From Ptychomitrium polyphyllum (Eukaryota): 64,000 nucleotides of DNA. A program made the translations under genes and the position numbers. This document shows positions 38,901-51,100 of this stretch, piece by piece (position 1 is the first letter of the stretch; each line of letters opens with the position of its first letter). A model generated the notes under the pieces. The model saw nothing but the letters and a program-made list of their open reading frames with translations. It was not told where the DNA came from and did not search any database. The stretch spans positions 13,640,001 to 13,704,000 of the forward strand of contig OZ316776.1 in assembly GCA_973851085.1 (NCBI GenBank), given 5' to 3'.

Positions 38901-41900
38901 TCTTCTTTTTAAAATGATGTAGCCTAATAATTCAATCAAAGATTCATAGAAAAGGCACTTCTCTAAGTGGCGTATAATCCTCGCTAGCGTAGATTTTCTA
39001 AGACTAATTGCACATAACATTTGTGGTCTTCTTCATCCTTTGAATATATGAAAACGTCATCTAAACAGATGATTACAAAATCGTCCAAGTGTTCATGGAA
39101 GATATCATTCATTACCTGTTGGAAGACTGCAAGGACATTAGTAAGGCCAAAAGGCATGACATTGTTTTCAAAATGGCCTTACCTAGATCAAAAGATTGTC
39201 TTCCATTTGTTTCCTCCTTTGATGCATACAAGATTGTAAGCTCCCCTAAAAACAATCTTGGTAAATATTTTTGCTTAGCCAAGTTGCTGTAGGAGTCTTA
39301 GGATTAATGGTAATGGATAGCGATTCTTCTTGGTCACTCTATTGAGGCCTGGATTGTCCACACACATTTGCAATGATTCATCTTTTTTCTTTACAAATAG
39401 GATGGATGTTCCAACAAGTGATTTAGAGTGTTGAATGAAGCTTTTTTTGAGGTTTTCATTAATATATTCTCTCAAGGCAGTCAATTTGGTTTGTGATAGG
39501 TTATAGATAGGTTCAAAAGGTGGTTGGGCTCCTTATTTTTATTCAATGGTACAATTATAAGGCCGGTGCTTTAGTAAATTATTTGCATTTTTTTTTCTCA
39601 AAAAGTCTTTATAATCTTGAAGGATCTTTGTTGTCTTTGAGGCGCCCCTTCATATTTGAAACAAAGACATTATTCTTCAAAGCCCTCCAAATTTTGTCAA
39701 GATGAAATATTGTGGTCATAATTGCTACTTCCAATTGAAGGTTTTTGCGGCTTCAATAAAATAGTACACTGTTGGTCCAAAACTTCAATTCCAAGTTGAG
39801 GAGCTAAATATAATCTGCAAGCCAAGGCATCTGGCTTGCCTTGTACGCTACCAAATCCATAGATAATGACAAAGTCAAATTTGGAAGGCGACATACTACA
39901 CCTTCTATGACGGCAATTTAGAGTGCGCGCACACATGAAGTATTGTAAGTTTATTGTGGTCTGTATATATCATAATGGTATATTGAGCTCCTTCCAACAA
40001 GTGCATCTACAATTGCAAGTAACTCCTTGTTATGTACATCATAATATATCTTTGCGGTTGACAACTTCCAAGATCAAAAAATAATAGAGTAGAGCCTTCC
40101 GTGTTTATCATATCATGAGAGTATGCAGCCAATCACAAAATTTGAAGCATCCGCTTCCAAATGGAAAGGCTTTGACGGATTTGGATGAAAAAAGATTGGA
40201 GCCGATGTGAATGACTTCTTAAGGCCTTGAATTGCTACTTTTGGTTCTTCATTCCAAGTGAATTTTTGCTTCCACGTAAGTTGTGTCAATGGTGCCGCAT
40301 TCTTAGAACAATCCTAGATAAGTATCTTCTAGAAGTTTGCAAATTCCAAGAAGCATTGAACATCTCGAATTGATCTTGACGTATTCCACTCCATGATAGT
40401 GCTTATTTTCTTCTCATCCATATGGATTCTTCTTTTTAAAATGATGTAGCCTAATAATTCAATCAAAGATTCATAGAAAAGGCACTTCTCTAAGTGGCGT
40501 ATAATCCTCGCTAGCGTAGATTTTCTAAGACTAATTGCACATAACATTTGTGGTCTTCTTCATCCTTTGAATATATGAAAACGTCATCTAAACAGATGAT
40601 TACAAAATCGTCCAAGTGTTCATGGAAGATATCATTCATTACCTGTTGGAAGACTGCAAGGACATTAGTAAGGCCAAAAGGCATGACATTGTTTTCAAAA
40701 TGGCCTTACCTAGATCAAAAGATTGTCTTCCATTTGTTTCCTCCTTTGATGCATACAAGATTGTAAGCTCCCCTAAAAACAATCTTGGTAAATATTTTTG
40801 CTTAGCCAAGTTGCTGTAGGAGTCTTAGGATTAATGGTAATGGATAGCGATTCTTCTTGGTCACTCTATTGAGGCCTGGATTGTCCACACACATTTGCAA
40901 TGATTCATCTTTTTTCTTTACAAATAGGATGGATGTTCCAACAAGTGATTTAGAGTGTTGAATGAAGCTTTTTTTGAGGTTTTCATTAATATATTCTCTC
41001 AAGGCAGTCAATTTGGTTTGTGATAGGTTATAGATAGGTTCAAAAGGTGGTTGGGCTCCTTATTTTTATTCAATGGTACAATTATAAGGCCGGTGCTTTA
41101 GTAAATTATTTGCATTTTTTTTTCTCAAAAAGTCTTTATAATCTTGATACTGATGAGGTATTCTTTGATTAAACTCTGATATAGAATCAGACATTGGCAT
41201 GGCATAAATGGCATAGATTGATTTATCCTTTGGAGCTCTTGTGTATACCTTAGTTCCAATAAATGATGGTTTAAGATTTCTTGTACCTTGACATCTTTTC
41301 CTTGAAACCACACTTTGTAAGCGCTAATCAATGTGTGGATTACATAATTCAAACCAAGGAAGGCCTAAAACAATAGGATTTTTTTGGCATTGAATGATAT
41401 TGAAGACAATCTTAGATGTTTGGTTTCCTTAAACAACTTCTAAGGGTTGAGTTTCTTCAATAACATTGCCAGTTGCAAGAGATTGTCCATCAATAATTTC
41501 AACACGTGCAAGATATTTTTAGTTCACAAAAAGCATATGGTATTTGATGGAAAAATCCTCATTTATGAAGTATGTTGTTATACCAATGTCTAAAAGAGCT
41601 TCATCTAACAATTAAACTTTGATAGGAAATATAAAACAAGACGTAGGGATTGAAAGTAATGAGAGACCTTGATTTCATGGATATTTTCTTACATTCTCCA
41701 ATTGCATGGTCCCTACTATGGCTAGACAGCCTCATTTCCAACTCTACCATCGTGCTTTGAACCTTAAGAGCAGATTCCTTGATTTTGCAATTGTGCACTT
41801 TATGTTTAGACTTGCCACAATACAAACATAGGTTTTTTTTTTGTTGCATTTTTTCTTTTGGAGTCAAATGTCTAAATTAGATAGTATCAGTTTTTATAGG

Positions 41901-43224
41901 TTTTGGTCCTTCTAGTCGGCTTTCTAATACTTTTGAAGAAGTGGTCGCTATACCTTGATGTATTGGTCACCATTCCAAGCATTATTCTTGGTGCCTTTCA
42001 AATAGTCTATTGTTACATGCTATTGCTTGAGTGACAAATTCGTCCAACGTTTCAATCCTTGGCATTGTGAGTAACAAATCCTTCACATTTTCTCACAAGC
42101 TCCATCAATATTGTGTGACCACGGCCTTATTATGTCAATCAAGGTCGCAAGCTACTAGTTGAAATTCTGCAAATATCTAATAGCCGAGCTTATTATAGAC
42201 CTTGGATCCTTATTCCAGCCACCCATTCTTAGTCAATGTCTCCAGAAGTAGATGTCAATGCTTCCATGAAAGCATCTAGGTTTTACAATAATGGTGACTA
42301 TTTCTCCATTAATGGAACAAATCACAATAATGCATTGTTTATTAAAAGAGTGGCTACAAATTCTACTTGAGTAATGCCGTTAGGATAGCAAGATTGATGC
42401 AAACTAAGGAAGAGCCTTATTTGTTGAACAAAGCCTGTCAACTTTGAATTTGATCCATCAAATTTGTTTGGCATGCTAATCTTTGACTCTGCACAGTTTT
42501 GACATAAGCCTGTTCTTGAAATATTGATCTCTTGCAATCAAACAACATTTTGATTTACACTTTAAATATTGGTATTGGAATCTTCAACTTGCCAAGTGTG
42601 CTGCTTTAAATTGTTGGTGGTGTTGAAGCGAGCAAGTTCCGTTCAAACTGTGTTTAATAACTCTTGAAAGTCTTGAAATCTATTTACTAATATTCTAGGC
42701 AGGGTATCCATTAATTAAGAGTGTAAAAGTTAATGAGACTATGAATACCTTCAAAAGAGATTAATCCACATTCTTTGAAAGATTGATCATTCTTCAAAAA
42801 AAGTAGTATTTGCTCTTAGAAGAAGAAACCAACTTTATGGTGTCATCTTAAAGGAAGGTAGTCCACAACTTCTAAGATGGTATGGAATTCTAAAAAAGAT
42901 AGATAATCTATTATCTTCTTCAAAGAACCTTAGCACTGACAAAGTTGAAGAGTAATTTTGCCAAACTGTTAGGAATTCAAGAAATAAAAAGTAGAATCAA
43001 AGTGGCTACCAAGAATTAGCTTTCAAGGAGTTAATTATTAAAAAGAATCAATATAAAGATTGGAATAAAGGCACATTAAAATATGATCCATAGATCATAT
43101 TGGCAAAATAAAAGTATATCTTATCTTGCCTCCTATTTATATTATAACGCTTATCTCTCCTAGTATACTTTTAAAGAAGCTTCCTGTAAGGCTTAAGAAT
43201 GTCCTAAGAATTTATGGAACCTTT
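35926..43224 (-). mobile_element. Second, more decayed family A chromovirus with duplicated RT-RNase H region
   Basis: 3' LTR remnant ~35926-36070, PPT, chromodomain ~36740-36930, integrase, RT (twice), protease, gag MPNKFDGSNSKL, and 5' LTR 42967-~43224 truncated at the copia junction. Confidence 0.88.
38765..41147. repeat. 856-bp identical direct repeat (38765-39620 = 40292-41147, offset 1527)
   Basis: Identical ORF pairs 38802/40329, 39021/40548, 39089/40616 and 39275/40802; boundaries checked by eye. Confidence 0.93.
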
Positions 43225-46200
43225 ACTTATACTACCACGTAGTGACGTCTCAAGCACCTTTTAAGGTCCATCTCAAGTATCTTGTAAGTAGCTTTCCAAA
43301 GCCACTTGCAAATTCCTTTATGCCAACTCATACACCCACTTGTCCTTGCCTTCCCATACAAGATATATAGGTTGGTCCTACCACGTTGACCGTGTACCAT
43401 ATATGTACCTCTTAAATGGCTTTCACCTCTCCCCTTTTTCTCCCCATTTTTTCTCCTTCTATATCTACCACAATACAATACTATTTACACCACCGTGAAT
43501 ACTACGAGCAACTCTAATCTCCAACACTCCCACTTTGCGAGTACTTACCTTCTCGCAATCCCATTTCCTTTGCCAACCGTTGATGTCAATCTTTCGCAAA
43601 TGCCTTTGTCAACACGTCAGCAACCATGTCTTTTGTCGGGAAATACTTCAAGCTTATCTCGCCGCTCTCCAACTTTTTGCAAATGAAGTGGTGTTACACA
43701 TGGATGTGCTTCGTGCGTGAGTGGTGTGTGGGGTTCTTTGCAAGTGCAATGCATCCTTGGTTGTCGCACATGATGGTTGTGGCATCTTCTTGCACAAACC
43801 CCACATCCGCCAAAAGCTTTCAAAGCCAAATGGCCTCCTTGGTGCTTTGGCTAGTGGCCATATACTCCGCCTTTGTTGTAAATAACGCAATTGTAGGTTG
43901 CCTCCTACAATTCCATGAGATCGCACCAACTCCAACAAAAATCATGTATCTGGTTGTTGAACAACGCTCGTTTGCATCTCCGGCCCAATCCGCATCGCAA
44001 TATCCCCTCAAGGCAAGCTCCTTACCACCAAGGCACAACTTGTAGTCCATGGTACTTTGCAAGTACCGCATGATGCACTTCACCACACTCCAATGTGCCG
44101 GACCAGCTCTAGACATGAATTGGCTCACCATGTTCACCGCAAACGCAAGGTTAGCTCGTGTAGCCACCATGGCATACATCAATGAGCCAACACCAGACTT
44201 GTATGGCACGCCTTCCGTCTCACCTTCGATGGCCTCAAATTCCTCCACCAAAAGCTTCAACAACTTGACATTGACATCAAGCGGCGTACCAATGGGCTTG
44301 CATTCTTCCATATTGAAGTGCTTGAGCACCTCCTTGATGTACTTCCTTTGGCTCATGGTGATGGTGTGTGCTTTGCAATCACTCTCAAATTCCACTCCCA
44401 AGCAATACATCAACTCCCCAAGATCACTCATCATAAACTCCGCATTGAGTTTGGCCTTGAGCCATGCCAACTTTGCCAAAAGGCTAGCCAAGATGATCAA
44501 GTCGTCCACATAGATGAGCACTATCAACAAGTATTCACCCGTTTGTTTGATGTACAAGGAATGATCCGCTTCGCTCCTTGTGAAGCCCTCCTTGGAGAAG
44601 AAGGAATCAATCCGTTGGTACCATGCTCTTGGTGATTGCTTGAGTTCGTACAACAACTTCTTGAGCTTGCACACAAGATGCTCAAAGCCCTTCTCTTCAA
44701 ATCCTTGCGGTTGACTCATATAAATGTCCTCCTCCAACTCGCCATTCAAGAATGCGGTCTTCACATTCATTTGGTGGATCTCCAAATCCAACGCCACTCC
44801 AAGTGCAAAGATGCACCAAATGGTATTGAACTTGGCCACGGGAGCAAGGGTTTCAAGGAAGTCGACTTCCGCAACTTGAAAAAATCCCTTGGTCACCAAT
44901 CGCGCCTTGTGGCGTACCACTTCATCCAAAGCGTCTTTCTTCGTGCGAAAGACCCACTTGCACCCAACGCTCTTACGACCCTTTGGAAGCGGAGCCAACT
45001 CCCACGTCTCATTTGCCATGAGTGAGTCTTACTCCTCTTGCATGGCCACCTCCCACTTGCTTGTATCTTCCGATCTCATTGCTTTGCCTTCATTCAATGG
45101 ATCGTCGAGAGTGGCCACATTGGCCCGCTCTTCTTCATGTTGTGGCAAGATGTGGTTCTTCCACCACTCTCCAGGTGGACGTGGTTCCCTCGTTGGGTAT
45201 CGAGGTTCTTGTCTGGATTCGACCTCTAGGCCTTCACTTTGTGTGGATGTTGGTGAAAGTGCTACATCTTGTTCGTTGTCCACCAACTCTTCCTTCTTGG
45301 TATCATCATCACTCTTGTGTGAAGGAGTTGGTTTGGAAGATTTGTCCACCAAAACCAATGAAGGCGTCTCACTACTCTCACTTGGACTCATCTTCAACCA
45401 TGACCAACGCTAGTGCTATCCTCATCAAACATTACATCACGACTCCTAATGATCTTCCGTGTTTCAACACACATGAAGCAATATGCCTTGGTTCCCTCGC
45501 AATATCCAAGAAATAAACACTTGGTTCCTTTAGCATCAAGCTTATCCTTCTTTGCATCTGGCACCTTTGCAAATGCAATGCAACCAAACACGCGCATATG
45601 TGCAACGCATGGCTTGCGGCCATTCCAAGCTTCTTGTGGTGTAACGGAGACAAGCGCCCTTATAGGACACCAATTACAAATGTATACCGCATTGGACACT
45701 GCTTCCGCCCAAAACGAGAGCTTGAGGCGTTGAGCATGAATCATGCTTCTTGCCATCTCTACAATGATGTGATTCGCACGCTCCGCCACTCCGTTTTGTT
45801 CTGGCGTGTAAGGTGTCGATGGTTGCCTCTCGATGCCGTGGTTCTTCAAGAAGCGTCGAAGGGCCTTGAATATGAACTCCCCACCATTGTCCCACTAGAA
45901 TGCCTTGATCTTGTGCTCTGATTGTGTCTCCGCAAGTGCCTTGAACTCCTTAAACTTCTCAAGGCACTCCCCCTTTGTCTTCAATGTGTACAAACACACC
46001 CTCCTCCAAAAGTCATCAATGAAGGTCACAAAGTACCTTGCACCACCAATGGAGGTGGTCCTCATCGGGCCACACACATCCAAATGCACAATCTCCAAAG
46101 GTTTTATAGCATGCGTGCCTCCATCTTTTGGAAATGGTGCTCTACGTTGTTTGCCTTGCACACACCCTTCACAAAACGGTATAGATGATTCATCCTTACC

Positions 46201-48147
46201 AAGGATCATGCTGCTTACCATGCTTGCACGAAAACGCACACTTCTCACATTCAAATGACCAAGTTGGCAATGCCAAAACTCCATCGCACCACTCGTTGTT
46301 GACGATTGTGCTATGTTGGCCGCATCCGCCTCATGCACCTTCCTAAAGGTGATTTGGTACAAGTTGTCTTGACGAGGGGCTACCGCAAGTACATCACCAT
46401 TTGGTGCCCTCAATGTGCACCCATACACATTGAATTGCACCTTCAACCTACTTGACACAAGCTTGCTCACCGAGAGCAAGTTTGCTTGCAACTTGGGCAC
46501 GTGGAGGACGTCCTTGATTGTGACCTTCTTTGAATGGCCTCTCACAAGGACTTCCACAACAATGGAACCTACTCCAATGGCGTCCACAACACTATCATCA
46601 CCCAAATGCACGTTGCGTGGACTAATTACCTCATATGTGTCGAATGTCACCCTATGAGGTGTCATGTGCTTTGTGGCGCCCGAATCCATGATCCACTTGG
46701 ACGTGGACTTGGAATGAGGACCATCTTGAGTAGCAAAGGCGTAGTCATCATCCTCCTTTGCATGGTTGGCATTCTCTTTGTGCTTTGCTTGGTTTGCGTT
46801 GTCGCGCTCCCACTTCTTTGGTTTGGTGCAATTTTGTACAAGGTGGCCCGGCTTGCCACAATTGTAATACAACCTTGATTCTCCACGTGAAGATGAGCTG
46901 CCCTCCTTGGTTTTTTTTGAATACAAGACCGCATCATCGCCATGGCTCTCCTTCTCCTTACGCTTGTTCACTTCATGCATCATTCTTGCCATTACAAACT
47001 CCAAAGTGAGGTCCTTCAATCATAACGTCTCCATGGTAATGATTAAATTCTCAAATGACGGCGGCAAACTCTCAAGCAACGTCATCACTACATCTTCCTC
47101 TCTCACGGGGACTTCAAAGGATGGGAGCTGATCCGCAAGCTCTCTTACATGGTTGATGTGGTCCATCAAGTCATCACCTTCTTGCATCTTGATAGTGAAG
47201 AACTTGCGGCGAACAAAGAGGACGTTGGACAAGCTCTTTGTTTCATGGATGTTGCACAATGCTTTCCATACCTTCGCTGGTCCTTTGCAACTCTTGATAT
47301 GCGCAAGTTGGGCATTCACCAAACTCAATCCAATGACGGATAAGGCCTTCTTCGCGCAACAATTGTACTCCTTTATCACCTTTGGATCTTCATCACTTGC
47401 GGGGGGTTCCTCAATCTCCTCCACAATATCCCAAAGGTCCATGGACAACAAGACCATCTCCAAGCGGAACTTCCAAAGGCCAAAGTTTTTCCCATTGAAC
47501 TTGTCAATGCTCCTAGCACTCTCACTCTCAAATGTGGCCATGACAACGTTTTAATGGCCAAGATCAACCCCTCCAAGGTTTGATTGTGCACTAAGGCACC
47601 ACAATCACTCAACTTGAGCCTTTTTCTAGGCTCCAACGTGCTTGCAAGCACCTACAATACTCACATCAACTCCTACAAGGCTTTGATGTGCAAGTATTCA
47701 CTCAAGTTTCTCAAACGAGTCTCTTCTAAGCTCAAATGATCAAAGGTACAACTCAAACACTCAAATCCACTCCTTCTAGACTCAAATGCACACCTTTGCA
47801 CCTCATTCAATCAAATCAGCCCCTTCTTTGCTCATACGTGCAAATATGAACTTGAACAACATCAAAAGAGTTCCACCTAGACTCCAATGTGCATCTAAGC
47901 ACATCAACCACTCAAATCAGCACCTTTGAAGAGCAATTGAACACATCCACTTGGATTGAACACTAACAAGGTCCAAATGCATTGATGTACTCCACCACCG
48001 CTCTTCCAACTCCTTGTGCCTTCTCAAGCCGTCTCCAATTCTCCAATGCACTTCCACGGCTCCAAAGCAACCCTTGTGCTCATCAAAATTCCAAATGAGT
48101 CCTTGTGCACCTCGAAAGCTCTAAAATGAGAGCTTGTGCACTTCCAA
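43225..48147 (-). mobile_element. Ty1/copia retrotransposon, disabled, lacking 5' LTR
   Basis: Gag from 47541, protease WIMDSGATKHM, integrase TPEQNGVAER, RT YVDDL and RNase H YCDADWAG in copia order (PR-INT-RT-RH). Stops at 47020, 45895, 45029 and 43820; frameshift ~45400. Purine-rich AAAGTGGGAG precedes a 3' LTR starting TGTTGGAG at 43526 and truncated at ~43225. Confidence 0.93.
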
Positions 48148-51100
48148 TGTCGCAACCTTTGTAATGTACCTTAGCAAGCGTTACGCGCGTCAACCCTGTA
48201 CACCTCCACATGCACATGGTTAACCCCCATTTTTACTTTCCAAGACTCTCTACCATTTCTCTTAGGACACCCAATTTATTAGTAGCCAATGGTTAGGTGC
48301 GGACTTCCATTCATGTCCAAGGCCTCTTTGGTGTTACTTCCATTCCACACGGCCTAACCGCACTTAGTGGTGTCTCCTCACCTCCACTCATGATGCCCAT
48401 GTGATCCTAAGATCACCCCGGGCCATCATGGTGCCGGTGTGAAGACACCACCCCAACTTAGTGGTAACAAGCGTACCCTTTTGAACGTGCTAGTTCCCTT
48501 CGTGAAACCAGCCGTCCACCGGCTCACAATGGTGTGGGAGTCCCCGTGGTGAAGCCCCAACACTAGCTCCACCAACCGGGACTCACCCTTGGTCTCTACC
48601 GGGACACTAGGGGAGTGGGGAGGGGGACCAATCCTCCCTTATAGTACTCTCTGTGGGATTTGGCAGGCCCCCTGGCCCTCTGTAGCTGGCTGAACCCCGA
48701 CACACCTAGAGTTTTGGAAGACCACCCGATCTTCCTTGGGACTTAGCCGCTGGAAGCCTCCGGGACTCCCAGCAGACCTTCAGGGAGCCATACCTTCCTC
48801 ATCCGGTGCCCGAATGTATCAAGCAACCACTCTATCGTCATCTACTCTTTGCGTAGATGCCGATAGACTCCTCAAACATCCGATTTGAGTTAGTGTTATG
48901 GGAGATACGCCTCTCCCAAGGTTCGGAACTCCCGGGGAGTCCCTCCCTGGACTGTCCCACTCCGGTCCAGTCACTGTGTGGGGCTGCCACACTCCAAAAC
49001 AGCCCCTTGGCAACCCCAACTTTGGAATGCCATAACTTTTAGCTCCCTTGTCCGATTTAGACAATCTTTAGCATTCTAGAATCAGCTCTTTGTGATTCTT
49101 CCAATGCCAGCCATGTATCCCTCATGGCCCTTGGTCTACATGGGCAAGGATGTTTCTCCCCCTTAGGGGTCCTTCCCACGCTAGGCCCACTCGGTTTCCC
49201 TCACTATCGGCACCACAAGTCCCGGACGTCACTTCGCGGTCCCCCTTGTGCCCTTAGTGTTGCGGGCATTCCCCAAGGAGAGGTGCGCGACATTGACCTC
49301 CACTTTAATGGAGTCAATGCCCTCATCGACTATACTTGTAGTCGGCACACCAATTCCAAGGTTGCCATCCTCTAGTGGTGCAGCATTGTGTTTCATCCAG
49401 GGTGCACTCATAAGTCTTTGGCAAAGTCTCAATGGTGTCATTTAGGAGGTGGTCTGTTTAGGCACCCTAGACAAAAATCTATGGGGCCCTAAACTATTCT
49501 AGACCTACCTACTTTGAGATCCTCTTGGGATACACTCCCTAGTTAGGCTACACTTCCCTAACTCTTCCTTTTTGACTAGGCTAGACCTCAATGCTCCACC
49601 AAGTTGTCTTGGTTGCAAATCCAAGGTGGCTTTTTATTCCACGACCCGATCACACGGGGATAATGCCAAGTTCCGCCCAACCTGGATCCCACTATCTCTA
49701 TTGAGACATGGATTCATGACTTGCATGCACTAACTTCTGTTAGTTTGTAGGAGTGGCGCTTTTATGAGCACGCGCCATTACCTTGTCCTCGCCCAAACAA
49801 GCCCGAGGCAAGGAGGTTTCATAGTTTTAACCATTCCTCCTCCTAGCCTTGGTCCCCATTACTTGGCCTTCCCAACTTGGTTTCACATGTCTATTCCCCC
49901 TCTTCTACCAACATAGCACAAGCACAAGACTAGGACGTCATCTTATACTCTTCTCTTTGCACACACAAAAGTTGAACTTTATTGCCATAAGTCAAGGAAC
50001 CAATACATAATGTGAAGAAGTTATAACTACAAGCCACTCTCCCCCTACTAAAAGAGATTGATGTCCTCATCAATGCCGACATTGTCTTTTGTTGGAGTTC
50101 TTATCCCTTTCAAAGCGTTCCACCACTTCATTAGCAATTCCCACGTCCTTAGCTGCTACTAAAGTTGCTTCCATTTCATGGTACTCTCTCCACTTCACCA
50201 AATAATCTTTTCCTACTTTCTTGTGGTGCCTACACTTGAGAATTCCTTCCACTTTGTATTCCAAGTGGTTGCCCACCAATTCCGGCGGTGGCCGAATCAC
50301 TTATTTGCGATTGGGCCACAAGGTATCTTTTTTGAATGGCTTAAGGAGTGAAACATGAAATGTTGGGTGCACTTTGATTTTGGGTGGTAGCTTCAACTTG
50401 TACACATCCTTAAATATCCGCTCCACAATGGAAAACGGCCCCCCAATGGAAAACGGCCCCCCAAACTGCTTTGTCGCCAAATGGTTGGCCGCATTGTAAC
50501 TGAACTCCGCTAAGCTCATATAATCCGCCCAATCGCACTGGTCCGCACTCACAAAGTTCCTCAAATATTGGTTCAAGACTCCATTTGCTCGTTCCATTTG
50601 CCCATCCCTTTAAGGATGGAAGGCAATGCTAAATGTCAATTTGGTTCCAGCTTTCCTAAAGAAATGTATCTAAAAAGCACTAGTGAATTTTGGATCTTCG
50701 TCTGACATAATCACTCTCGGCAACCCGTGATGTTTCCACCATGCATCGAGGAATAGCTTTGCGGTTTCATGTGCAGTTACGGTTCCTCTAGTTGGCACCA
50801 TGTGCGCCAGCTTGCTAAAGCGATCTACCATCACAAAGGTGGCATCATGTCATTGCGATTCCGGAAGACTTGTGATGAAGTCCATGGACACGCTGTGCCA
50901 TGGACCCAGCGGAATTGGCAAAGGTTGTAGTAGACCGGCTTACTTTTGGTAAGGAGCTCTATTGAGTTGGCACTTCACACAAGTTTTCACAAAGTCGGTA
51001 ATGTCCGCTTTCATGCCCGGCTAATAGTACCTTCTTGACACCGCCGCTATGGTGGTTTTTCTCCCTCTATGGCCGGCTACGGGACTATCATGTTCTTCTT

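Noticed and set aside
47020..47022. In-frame TGA in copia gag as programmed readthrough
   Set aside because: It lies mid-gag, before the zinc knuckle, and the element has many other stops and a frameshift.
48148..49292. LTR as the copia 5' LTR (shared Gypsy/copia LTR)
   Set aside because: The copia has its own, different 3' LTR starting at 43526. This LTR matches the iMet-PBS Gypsy family B.
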